DNA from: a virus
Lineage: Duplodnaviria; Caudoviricetes
Reading direction: 5' to 3' (one strand)
Virus record (IMG/VR): IMGVR_UViG_3300030104_000268
Span: 1-55,186 of that record
Length of the DNA stretch: 55,186 bases
Shown here: positions 8,956 through 16,692 of the stretch, one piece after another
How positions within the stretch are numbered: position 1 is the first letter of the stretch
Layout: every line of letters begins with the position of its first letter
Made by a program: the position numbers and the translations under genes
Notes under the pieces: generated by a model
Told to the model about the DNA's origin: nothing
Databases searched by the model: none
What the model saw: the letters and a program-made list of their open reading frames with translations, nothing else

Positions 8956-9471
8956 TTACGTAAAGTTATGAGTTACAGTACCGTCACCAAATAGGTGTCC
9001 TGTTACCATCCAAAGGGCATCCGTAATAGCTACACAACTTATATAGCCACCAAGAAAACGTCCATCTGCATCTGCATTAAGAACTAGCTGATGGTCATCT
9101 GCAGCAGGTACGTTAAAACCGTTTGTGTCTACGTTTTCATTAAGAGCAACTGCTGTACCTACATCATCTTTGTCCATTTGTAGAATTACACCCTGCATAA
9201 CATCTGCATCACTTGCAGCAGAAATAGTATAGCTGTTTGATGTGCCTGTTGTTCCAATATGGAAGTCATAGTATAATCCTGCAGAAGCAGCAGGTAGTGT
9301 TACTACAACACCAGCAGCACGATTAAGAGTAAAGATAGTTCCTGACTCTGCTGCTGTTACTGTTTTAGTTGCGTCAGTAAGACTTGTTACTGTTCGTGTC
9401 ATTGTTGTGAAGGAGATATTTGGATTTTGATATACCTCAATTCCTTCTTCTCTTGTTACTGATAGTGACAT
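8956..9471 (-). CDS. Putative capsid fibre/decoration protein
   Basis: AESGTIFTL...VTLPAASAGL pattern typical of phage fibre/spike beta domains. Confidence 0.5.
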   Translation of the reverse strand: MSLSVTREEGIEVYQNPNISFTTMTRTVTSLTDATKTVTAAESGTIFTLNRAAGVVVTLPAASAGLYYDFHIGTTGTSNSYTISAASDADVMQGVILQMDKDDVGTAVALNENVDTNGFNVPAADDHQLVLNADADGRFLGGYISCVAITDALWMVTGHLFGDGTVTHNFT

Positions 9472-9512
9472 TGTTTATCCTCTCATTTAAATGTTACTAG
9501 TTATTATGTAAT

Positions 9513-10073
9513 TTAAAAACCTTTACCATCTTTAAAGTTCATATTTCTTAATTTTCCAGCCATTGCTGCTACTTTAGTAGCTGGTAAACCTAAAGCCCTT
9601 CTTTCTGATTTAGACATATTTGCCCATTGACTACGAGTTATTTTTTTCATAACTGCCGCACCCCTCAGTCTGGAAGGAGACTTAGGATCAGTTTGTCGTT
9701 GAAGAAGTTCTTTTGCCCCATCTCCACGACCACCTGATTTCTTTTTAATAGTCTCCTTAAGTGTTTTATCAGAACCAGGTAGTAACTTTTCTACAGTAAT
9801 TTTTGGTTGGTTTAAATCTCCAGGTTTAGCAACATCTGATTTTTTCTTTGGTCTTGCTTTAGGACGAATAGATTTACTAGGGGCTAAAGACTTTTTAAGA
9901 TCTTCTGCAAAAACAGCAGCCATAACTTTACCATTCTTGTCAGTGTAGTAAAGTGATCCTGCTTTCTTAGCAGCAGAAATACTTTTGTATTTACCAGCGT
10001 TCTTTTTTGCTTGTTTTACAGTCATGCCCTTTGCTTTTAATTTAGCATTAAGATATTCACGTAGTGTAGCCAT
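9513..10073 (-). CDS. Lys-rich basic protein
   Basis: 186 aa, very high K/R content; stop-start coupled to the upstream gene. Confidence 0.65.
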   Translation of the reverse strand: MATLREYLNAKLKAKGMTVKQAKKNAGKYKSISAAKKAGSLYYTDKNGKVMAAVFAEDLKKSLAPSKSIRPKARPKKKSDVAKPGDLNQPKITVEKLLPGSDKTLKETIKKKSGGRGDGAKELLQRQTDPKSPSRLRGAAVMKKITRSQWANMSKSERRALGLPATKVAAMAGKLRNMNFKDGKGF

Positions 10074-10438
10074 TACTTCATTCCTTTCTTCATACCACCC
10101 ATAGCACCACCCTTAGCCATACCTTTTGACTTACCTGTGGCTTTTTTAATGCCAGTGTTCATTGTACCTTGTGATTTAACCATGCCACCTACATTGTAGG
10201 TCATAACCTTACCACCCTTGGCGTATGCTTTCTTCTTCATGCCACCCTTAGCCATGCCTTTAGACATTCCACCTTTTGCCATACCTTTAGCCATACCGCC
10301 TTTGTTCATTTTACCTTTACCATCAGCAGCATAGAATGGAACTTTCTTTCCATCCTTCTCAACCATTTTAAGACCACCAGCAGCATATCCTTTTTTCATA
10401 CCGCCTTTAGCCATTCCTTTATTCTTCATTTTTTTCAT
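10073..10438 (-). CDS. Basic Met/Lys/Gly-rich protein built from MAKGG repeats
   Basis: Eight [MY][AN]xGG units in 121 aa; overlaps both neighbours. Confidence 0.75.
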   Translation of the reverse strand: MKKMKNKGMAKGGMKKGYAAGGLKMVEKDGKKVPFYAADGKGKMNKGGMAKGMAKGGMSKGMAKGGMKKKAYAKGGKVMTYNVGGMVKSQGTMNTGIKKATGKSKGMAKGGAMGGMKKGMK

Positions 10439-11118
10439 TGTTCATCCTCACTATATAAATTGTTAAACACTCGTTGCGTATCCCACACATAGTCTACGTT
10501 TTCTTTAGAGTTATAAATATGTTGGTTAGGTCTAAAGTCTGGAGCGCCTTCTCCCGTTTCAAACCATGCAGGGTGAGTTACTCTCACTCTATTATTGGGT
10601 AACGCAACTATGTTACCAGTATAAGGTCCAGCATCCAGTAGTTCCAACACATGAGACTGTTTGTGTTGTGCTGGATCATCTGCTACCTCACTGTCAGTGT
10701 AATCAACTGTGAAGTAATACTTAGCTGGATAGAACTCTCCATCTACTTTAGCAATCCACGGGGCAGGTGTAGCTCTTTCCAACTTATACACACTGTGGTA
10801 ATGCGACATACAATCCCAAGGTTGAGCAAGGTATGGGGGTAACTCTTCAGGCCATTGCTCGTATGGTGTGTCTGCTACCAAAGCTGTTAGGGGCATCCTA
10901 GCCCACATAGCTCCCCCGTGAACGTTGAGGTCTTCTTCTGATCCTGACGGTACGCATCCTGTAAATATTACTTGAAAGCTGAGAGTCCTGTTTGGCATTG
11001 TTGTTACCGCCACCACCATGCAATGAAGAAACTCTCCGTGATATTCCTCTAAGTTCTTTGTATATTCTCTTCTTACCCATGCTTTAAAATATGGTATGTT
11101 ACTTTGTAGATACGCCAT
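10435..11118 (-). CDS. Conserved phage hypothetical protein (AQPWDC / QHKQSH motifs)
   Basis: 227-aa globular-looking ORF with ATGA overlap onto the MAKGG gene. Confidence 0.7.
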   Translation of the reverse strand: MAYLQSNIPYFKAWVRREYTKNLEEYHGEFLHCMVVAVTTMPNRTLSFQVIFTGCVPSGSEEDLNVHGGAMWARMPLTALVADTPYEQWPEELPPYLAQPWDCMSHYHSVYKLERATPAPWIAKVDGEFYPAKYYFTVDYTDSEVADDPAQHKQSHVLELLDAGPYTGNIVALPNNRVRVTHPAWFETGEGAPDFRPNQHIYNSKENVDYVWDTQRVFNNLYSEDEQ

Positions 11119-11404
11119 CCTTTTTATTTTTCCTCCGCAAGTCTGCCTTAGCTTGTTTAAAAAGACTAGCTACTGCTGTCTTTCCCATTACTTTAGCACG
11201 TTGTTCAGCCACTGTCAAGATCTGAATCTTCCTTGCGTAAGGTTTTTTTATCTTTTTTACTCTTGCTATTGTAGCTTTAGAGTCAGCTATGGTAGCAAAT
11301 TTAATTGGCACTGTATCCTTTGGGTTCTCATCCGTATACAGTCTACGTCCAGACCCTTTAGGTTTCTTACCTGTTCCTACTTTTGGGTCTTTTTGCTTTG
11401 CCAT
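11099..11404 (-). CDS. Basic protein (GRRLYTDENPKDTV family)
   Basis: Lys-rich ORF in a coupled operon; start set at ATG 11404. Confidence 0.65.
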   Translation of the reverse strand: MAKQKDPKVGTGKKPKGSGRRLYTDENPKDTVPIKFATIADSKATIARVKKIKKPYARKIQILTVAEQRAKVMGKTAVASLFKQAKADLRRKNKKDGVSTK

Positions 11405-11516
11405 TACCAACCATACCTTTTAATGTTTTAGCTTGACCTTGGTGTGTTTTTACAGCTTTATTCAAACCTTTTATCACACCTTTTACTTTCTTTTGATTTC
11501 CTTTTGTTAAGGGCAT
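11367..11516 (-). CDS. 49-aa Lys-rich microprotein (not in ORF track)
   Basis: MPLTKGNQKKVKGVIKGLNKAVKTHQGQAKTLKGMVGNGKAKRPKSRNR; GGAG RBS. Confidence 0.6.
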   Translation of the reverse strand: MPLTKGNQKKVKGVIKGLNKAVKTHQGQAKTLKGMVGNGKAKRPKSRNR

Positions 11517-11527
11517 TTTTTTCTCCG

Positions 11528-11719
11528 TTAAGTTACTATAAAGTCTACACGCTTAGACTGAGGATGGTGTTGGTACTCAGTATCATATCTATACTTGTCT
11601 GCCTTTCTATCCACTGCCTTTGAACTTTCCTCAACACGTTGTGCTTTCTTTTGAGGCCAGTCTGGTATTACCTTATCCTGTGGTATTGGTATTGGGACTG
11701 CTATTGGATTTATGTTCAT
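11528..11719 (-). CDS. Hypothetical protein
   Basis: Start moved to ATG 11719, which gives an ATGA overlap with the upstream peptide ORF. Confidence 0.55.
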   Translation of the reverse strand: MNINPIAVPIPIPQDKVIPDWPQKKAQRVEESSKAVDRKADKYRYDTEYQHHPQSKRVDFIVT

Positions 11720-11796
11720 GGTAACATCCAAATTACAAAACAAGTTAGACATGCCCACATTACAATCCACATAAAATAATCTTTAACCCATTTCAT
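11716..11796 (-). CDS. 26-aa hydrophobic membrane peptide (not in ORF track)
   Basis: MKWVKDYFMWIVMWACLTCFVIWMLP; ATGA overlaps at both ends. Confidence 0.5.
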   Translation of the reverse strand: MKWVKDYFMWIVMWACLTCFVIWMLP

Positions 11797-12068
11797 TTCT
11801 TTTTACCTTTTGCTAAACCGCCTCTGGAGGATCTAAAGGGTTTGGTTTTCTTTGCAACACCTTTAGGCTGAGGTACATGCTGCTTACCTGCCTTCGTGCC
11901 TTTTCGTTTAGCTCTGGTTGTAGCGGCATACTCACTGCTGCTAAGAGACTTAATAGCCTTATCAGGTAGATAACGCTCACCAGTCTTAGCACTAGGTTTC
12001 CCACTCTTAGTCCTCCATTTTTGTTTACTCCAATCCTTTAGACTCTTCTGTGATTTCTTTAGTGCCAT
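11793..12068 (-). CDS. Basic protein, C-terminal half of a DUF5872-like family
   Basis: KSLKDWSKQKWRT...ERYLPDKA...KQHV motifs. Confidence 0.6.
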   Translation of the reverse strand: MALKKSQKSLKDWSKQKWRTKSGKPSAKTGERYLPDKAIKSLSSSEYAATTRAKRKGTKAGKQHVPQPKGVAKKTKPFRSSRGGLAKGKKK

Positions 12069-12143
12069 CTAGCAACAATCACACTCTGGATGACATTTAC
12101 GATTTAATAAAGCACACCATAATCTTTTTAAGTACCTTCTCAT
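12069..12143 (-). CDS. 24-aa Cys-rich peptide (not in ORF track)
   Basis: MRRYLKRLWCALLNRKCHPECDCC; exactly fills the gap and is coupled at both ends. Confidence 0.5.
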   Translation of the reverse strand: MRRYLKRLWCALLNRKCHPECDCC

Positions 12144-12313
12144 TTGTATCCTCCCCCTGCTTTTTTATATCTAGCTGCTAGTAGTTGAGCTTTTCTTGCT
12201 GACCACTGCCCAGGTTTACCACCCTTTGATCCAGCCTTAATTGCAGAAAATTGTCTTTTACGCATAGCTGGTTTAGTATAGTTTCCTGCTTGATTTACTT
12301 TTGATTTTGCCAT
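12140..12313 (-). CDS. Basic protein, N-terminal half of a DUF5872-like family
   Basis: NYTKP...KGGKPGQWSARKAQ...YKKAGGGY; TAATG coupling. Confidence 0.65.
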   Translation of the reverse strand: MAKSKVNQAGNYTKPAMRKRQFSAIKAGSKGGKPGQWSARKAQLLAARYKKAGGGYK

Positions 12314-12606
12314 TACCACTTCACCTTGTGTGACCAATACCTAGCTGATAATTTACTGGGCTTGGAATCTTGAGCATCATGCCTTGCATAATAACTTTTC
12401 TTACGTGCCTTATCCTTTGCAGTCTTAGGGTTCTTTCCAGCACCACTTACACCCTGCTGACCAAAACGAATAAACTTATACGTGTCACCCTCTTTAGCCA
12501 TAACGCAATGAGACTTAGTAGGATGTTTAGGAGTTTTCTTAGGTTTGTTAACACCCTTGAGTCCCTCCTTTTTCATTTTAGTTTTAACTCGTTCAGGTAT
12601 TGACAT
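12313..12606 (-). CDS. Basic protein (DUF5754-like)
   Basis: IRFGQQG...RKKSYYARH...SARYWS..KW motif; start set at ATG 12606. Confidence 0.6.
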   Translation of the reverse strand: MSIPERVKTKMKKEGLKGVNKPKKTPKHPTKSHCVMAKEGDTYKFIRFGQQGVSGAGKNPKTAKDKARKKSYYARHDAQDSKPSKLSARYWSHKVKW

Positions 12607-12694
12607 ACTAATCCTAATCTGTGAGGGGAACAAGGACGGTTCTTTGTTTACCCACACTACTTAATATTAATTGTATCACAAAAAACTTTTACCG

Positions 12695-13147
12695 TCAAAT
12701 CAATTCAAAGTGTGGTGCATCAATAAATGGTCTACGTCCCTGTGACCTACGAAGGTCTATGTATGCGTTCATAGCATCCTCTGCAGTACCCTGATACATC
12801 CTAATATCCCCTTCACTCCAGGCTGCTCCCCATTTAATAGCCACAGAATTTCTTCTAGCAGCCTCCGCAAAGGCATCACAAATATCATCATAAATATTTA
12901 ACTCCCACGAAATATCAGAACCAAAGTATGCTACAACGTCTACGGCTCTACCATCAAGATGTTTAGATTTCATAGTCTGTGATCTGCCAGCTTCGTACAA
13001 CTCTTTCTGCTGTTCTAAGGTACGTAGTCCATACGTAACTCCAAAGTCCACCGTAGTCAGTTTGATAGCTTCTGAAACTACATTAACCAGACCTTCATCC
13101 ACACCCTCTAGTTTCTTTAGGCTTCTTGAGCTTAATTTAAATGCCAT
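12695..13147 (-). CDS. Endolysin, peptidase M15 (L-Ala-D-Glu peptidase)
   Basis: GLRTLEQQ, SKHLDGRAVD and DAPHFE zinc-peptidase motifs; near the holin. Confidence 0.9.
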   Translation of the reverse strand: MAFKLSSRSLKKLEGVDEGLVNVVSEAIKLTTVDFGVTYGLRTLEQQKELYEAGRSQTMKSKHLDGRAVDVVAYFGSDISWELNIYDDICDAFAEAARRNSVAIKWGAAWSEGDIRMYQGTAEDAMNAYIDLRRSQGRRPFIDAPHFELI

Positions 13148-13479
13148 TACTTCTTTTTCCTTTTTGCAGGTTTCTTTTTAGGCATGGCCTTTACAGGTAC
13201 AGCCCCAACAGATATAACTATTGCCATACCCTTCTTACCTCTTTTAGGTGCAGGTTTTTTCTTTTTTCTTTTAACAACTCCACCATTATTAAAGTCACTT
13301 CTTACTCTTCCACTTGGCATAGCAACCTCCAAATCATTAGATGCCATTTTTGAAGTTATTCTAGAGTTTAAAACTTCTGCTCCTAAAGATTTAATACCAG
13401 ACCTAAGCTGTGTATTTGTAAGTTTACCTCTACTCCACATATCAATTATATCATCTATTTGCATTATTAAACTTGGCAT
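13147..13479 (-). CDS. Hypothetical protein with FNNGG motif and basic C-tail
   Basis: 110 aa; Lys-rich after FNNGG. Confidence 0.6.
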   Translation of the reverse strand: MPSLIMQIDDIIDMWSRGKLTNTQLRSGIKSLGAEVLNSRITSKMASNDLEVAMPSGRVRSDFNNGGVVKRKKKKPAPKRGKKGMAIVISVGAVPVKAMPKKKPAKRKKK

Positions 13480-13866
13480 TTATTTTTTTCCAAAAAACTT
13501 AGTAGCTGACCTGACACCAAAGCTGGCAGCTACAATCACCCCAAGTGTATACTGATACCACTCAGGCATTGTCTCCAAAGCAACAAATCCACTAGACACT
13601 ATTCCTCTACCCCAGTCTCCAGCAAAAACTAAAATTAACGGGATTGAAAATAAAATAGTCAGCCACTCATCCTTCCACGAGTTCTGACTTCCTTGAGCCA
13701 TTAGTTTTTCCCAATCGGCCTCTGAGGTAGCTGCAGACTTCATAATAGTGGCTTTTGCTTCTGCCTCTACAAGTTTTAGATTGGATGCTGCAGCCTGTGC
13801 ATCAGCCTTACCTTTAAGCCAACCACCAGCTAAATTTGCTATTGGTCCTATCAATGCTTGGATCAT
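13480..13866 (-). CDS. Holin (3-TM, GTA-holin-like)
   Basis: SWKDEW motif, hydrophobic segments, P.WY...ASFG.R; adjacent to endolysin. Confidence 0.7.
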   Translation of the reverse strand: MIQALIGPIANLAGGWLKGKADAQAAASNLKLVEAEAKATIMKSAATSEADWEKLMAQGSQNSWKDEWLTILFSIPLILVFAGDWGRGIVSSGFVALETMPEWYQYTLGVIVAASFGVRSATKFFGKK

Positions 13867-14066
13867 AGTGACACCTTTGGTTTATCTAGTTCTAAACCTA
13901 CACACTTAGAAAATATTTGTGCAGTCTTATTTGGTTTAGTTTCTTCTAGGCTACCTACTAATAGAATCCTATCTATTTCACACATCTCCATACTAGGATA
14001 CAATATTTGATTGGATACTATTTTATGCTGCCCCATATTTATCATCATCATTACTATTACGTACAT
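13863..14066 (-). CDS. Small secreted/membrane protein
   Basis: Hydrophobic N-terminus and two Cys; start set at ATG 14066. Confidence 0.45.
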   Translation of the reverse strand: MYVIVMMMINMGQHKIVSNQILYPSMEMCEIDRILLVGSLEETKPNKTAQIFSKCVGLELDKPKVSL

Positions 14067-14067
14067 A

Positions 14068-14424
14068 CTAGAATGACATCTTTGCACCAATAGTAAAGTC
14101 ACCAAACTCAAAGTCTGAGTCTGAGGATACTTCAGTGTAGGCTGTTAGCCCTGCACTAAGTAAGTTATATTCAGCTTTAACGTCTACTCCCTTAAATATA
14201 TCATCTTCACCCAAGTCTAGAGCATTAAATGTTGTATCAACACTAAAGTTTAATCCATAAACTGCAAGTCCTACAGAGGGAGTGATGTCAGCCTTCCAGG
14301 TTTCAATACCAGTGGTATAGTTTACATCCGTTTCTATACCTACAGAAAGGCCATTCCCTAGTTCTGCTGATGTGACAGTAGTTGCTGCTAAAGCTACAGC
14401 AGATGCTAAAAGTATATTCTTCAT
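14068..14424 (-). CDS. Small outer-membrane beta-barrel-like protein
   Basis: Signal peptide MKNILLASAVALAATTVTSA, amphipathic beta strands, C-terminal Phe (IGAKMSF). Confidence 0.65.
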   Translation of the reverse strand: MKNILLASAVALAATTVTSAELGNGLSVGIETDVNYTTGIETWKADITPSVGLAVYGLNFSVDTTFNALDLGEDDIFKGVDVKAEYNLLSAGLTAYTEVSSDSDFEFGDFTIGAKMSF

Positions 14425-14426
14425 TA

Positions 14427-14642
14427 TTAGTCCCAAAACTCCGTTTCCTTGTTGACCATTACAGGTAAGCAGTAAGCATCTATTCTTTCTGTCCTGTATA
14501 AGTAGGAACCAGATCTTATTAGGTTCCCTATTTCTATTTGCTCTGCAAAAAAGTTACAACGGGTTATGTCCCTGAAGTACATATCTTGCGTATTATGTGT
14601 TTGACCTCCAACCGTAACAAGTAATATAAACGCCATGAGCAT
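14427..14642 (-). CDS. Small secreted/membrane protein
   Basis: Hydrophobic start, C..FA and AYCLP motifs; start uncertain. Confidence 0.5.
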   Translation of the reverse strand: MLMAFILLVTVGGQTHNTQDMYFRDITRCNFFAEQIEIGNLIRSGSYLYRTERIDAYCLPVMVNKETEFWD

Positions 14643-14646
14643 GTCA

Positions 14647-14862
14647 TTACTTAGCACCTCGGTCAGTCTTTGCTTCCTTGTTCATCCAGATGCCAAAACA
14701 TCCTGTCAAGGCTCCCATACACACTGATACTAGTCCAGCCTGTCCATTAGTAGGATCAGGTAGAGACATATACCAGTGGACAGACTGATATGTTAGTACT
14801 GTTACCACCAACATCATTAGTCTTGGAAAGATCTTATAGTCATCTATGATTGTACTAGCCAT
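14647..14862 (-). CDS. Two-TM membrane protein (holin-like)
   Basis: FPRLMM...W...P.P...QAGLVS pattern. Confidence 0.55.
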   Translation of the reverse strand: MASTIIDDYKIFPRLMMLVVTVLTYQSVHWYMSLPDPTNGQAGLVSVCMGALTGCFGIWMNKEAKTDRGAK

Positions 14863-15106
14863 ATTCTCTTTTCCTCTTGGGATCTAGAACGTCTTTAGCT
14901 TCCAACATACCTTCAAGATACATTGCACGTTCCACTCTGTCTAAAGAATATCTGACTCCTGTATCCTGGTGTATCTTTTCTCTAACATAAAATACATCTG
15001 ATCTAGGGATGTGTACTCTTTTTAGTCTTCCTTCGTCTTCACTTACCAGTGCTTCATAAAATTCTTCTATAACTTTGTCTGAAGAATACATTTTTGGTTT
15101 AGACAT
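14855..15106 (-). CDS. Hypothetical protein, first gene of the leftward arm
   Basis: 83-aa ORF immediately after a consensus promoter; no SD. Confidence 0.65.
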   Translation of the reverse strand: MSKPKMYSSDKVIEEFYEALVSEDEGRLKRVHIPRSDVFYVREKIHQDTGVRYSLDRVERAMYLEGMLEAKDVLDPKRKREYG

Positions 15107-15111
15107 GCCTA

Positions 15112-15140
15112 GTTATACCTCATATCATTCTGAATGTCAA
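15112..15140 (-). promoter_or_regulatory. Sigma70-type promoter, probably giving a leaderless mRNA
   Basis: TTGACA-N17-TATAAC ending 5 nt before ATG 15106. Confidence 0.7.
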
Positions 15141-15248
15141 TACCTTTATCAGTATATTTAGATCTTTTTCACTCCGTTCAAAAGATGGACGACAGATAAA
15201 GATATTCTAAAAGCGTCCTCCTATAAATAAAGAGTAATCTTTAGGGAT

Positions 15249-15362
15249 ACTATTAGTTATAACTAATAGTTATACTATAGCTTCTACTAAAACTATATAA
15301 ACTTAGTAATACTAAATACTTTTAGTTACAATTAATAGCTATACTATATAGTATACTATATA
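15249..15362. repeat. AT-rich palindrome cluster (candidate origin / protein-binding array)
   Basis: Perfect 22-bp palindrome 15249-15270, 14-bp 15341-15354, 18-bp 15345-15362; TAGT/ACTA iterations. Confidence 0.6.
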
Positions 15363-15389
15363 TTATATCATGTTTAGCAGTATTGTCAA
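15362..15389 (-). promoter_or_regulatory. Sigma70-type promoter
   Basis: TTGACA-N16-TATAAT. Confidence 0.55.
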
Positions 15390-15794
15390 GTCTTTTTTTA
15401 CCCTTTTTATTCTCAAGGCGTTTTATTTTTATTAATTTAGTCCCTTACATATTAAAAATTATTAAATATCACATTTTGTTACAGAATGTTACAAAGTTAA
15501 AATGCCCATCTCTGTCATTGAGTGTACATACGTAACGTACTAACGGGGGGTGGCCCATGCAGGGTATAGATAGGGGGTCTATTGTCTGCCAGTTTTTAGG
15601 ATTGCTAGACTTTTTTAGTACAAGTCTCTGTTATTACTGACAGTTATAGACAATATTTTGTTATTTATTTTAATAGGTAAGGAAAAACGGCAAGTATTTT
15701 GGAGGCAAGCAAAGTATTTTAAATTTATGCATCCCCCTCTTTCTTTCGTCTACTCCAGAATACTACCCCTTATTTTTTATGGTCATCACTATTT

Positions 15795-15811
15795 GTGACG
15801 TAACGTAACAA
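15795..15811 (+). promoter_or_regulatory. 17-bp operator-like repeat GTGACGTAACGTAACAA, copy 1
   Basis: Identical copy at 17920-17936; both are intergenic and upstream of early gene blocks. Confidence 0.6.
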
Positions 15812-15880
15812 AAAAGTTTTCTTGTGTTTGTTTATTGGTTGAATTAACAGAGTAGCAGATCAAACAAAAGGACAAATAAA

Positions 15881-15985
15881 ATGAAACTATCAAATAATGC
15901 ATATCATGACCAGATAGAAAAAGAGTTGGTTGACTACATTCTCAAACTGTGGAACGACTACAAAACAAACAAAAAGGACCAATAA
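15881..15985 (+). CDS. 34-aa first early protein (not in ORF track)
   Basis: MKLSNNAYHDQIEKELVDYILKLWNDYKTNKKDQ; AAGGAC RBS repeated before the next gene. Confidence 0.55.
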   Translation: MKLSNNAYHDQIEKELVDYILKLWNDYKTNKKDQ

Positions 15986-15986
15986 A

Positions 15987-16622
15987 ATGTATAAAAGAGA
16001 CTGTATAGAAATTGCAAACTTAGCAAAGTATCAAAACAGCGTAGCACCAATAATTGGTTTTACACTTTCCACAATTCAATCTGGACTACAAACTTGCACA
16101 GGACAGGCTGAAAAAGTAATTAAGGACAAGTACAAAGCCAATTGCTTGTGGGGATTGAAGGCTGAAGGTCTAGAATATGCAATAAAAAACGATGCTTGGC
16201 TATATGGAAAAGCAATGCATATTGCTGATAAGTATGGATATAATAGCATTGAGGGTATTACTGAAGCCATTCTGTTATTTATGAATGTTCCAAACTTAGG
16301 CATGGTCAAAGCTTCATTCGTTTGTCAAATGCTTGGTTTTAATATTGCTTGTTTAGATAGTCACAATTTAAAGAGACTTGGCATGAGTGCAAACTTTACA
16401 AAAATTCCTGCTACAATGTCAGACAATGGCAAGCGTAAGAAGATCGCTACTTACATTGAATTATGCCAACAAGAGGGTAGTGAATACTGGTGGAATAGTT
16501 GGTGCGATTACGTTGCTGGTAATCAAGCTAATAGGTCGCTTGCTACTGGTGACGTTGTATCCAGGTTTCATGTTGAGTGCATAAACATTTGGACACTTGC
16601 GGTTGACGCTTGTAAAAAATGA
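15987..16622 (+). CDS. HhH-GPD superfamily DNA glycosylase-like protein
   Basis: VPNLGMVKASF...ACLDSH helix-hairpin-helix with Lys and downstream Asp; start moved to ATG 15987. Confidence 0.6.
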   Translation: MYKRDCIEIANLAKYQNSVAPIIGFTLSTIQSGLQTCTGQAEKVIKDKYKANCLWGLKAEGLEYAIKNDAWLYGKAMHIADKYGYNSIEGITEAILLFMNVPNLGMVKASFVCQMLGFNIACLDSHNLKRLGMSANFTKIPATMSDNGKRKKIATYIELCQQEGSEYWWNSWCDYVAGNQANRSLATGDVVSRFHVECINIWTLAVDACKK

Positions 16623-16672
16623 TTGCTTTCTAATTAGCATTAGTTTAAACTGGTGCTAATTGCTAATCAATC
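16621..16672 (+). other. Long intergenic stem-loop (RNase III-site-like or terminator)
   Basis: aattagca..tgctaatt inner stem with gattg/caatc outer pairing. Confidence 0.4.
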
Positions 16673-16692
16673 TTTAATAGGAGTAAAACAAA

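Noticed and set aside
15245-15365. CRISPR array or tRNA in the control region
   Set aside because: No regularly spaced repeat-spacer units and no cloverleaf or T-loop consensus were seen here or elsewhere.
15545-15577. G-quadruplex
   Set aside because: The G runs are irregular (G6, G2, G3, G5) with long loops; not enough support to call.
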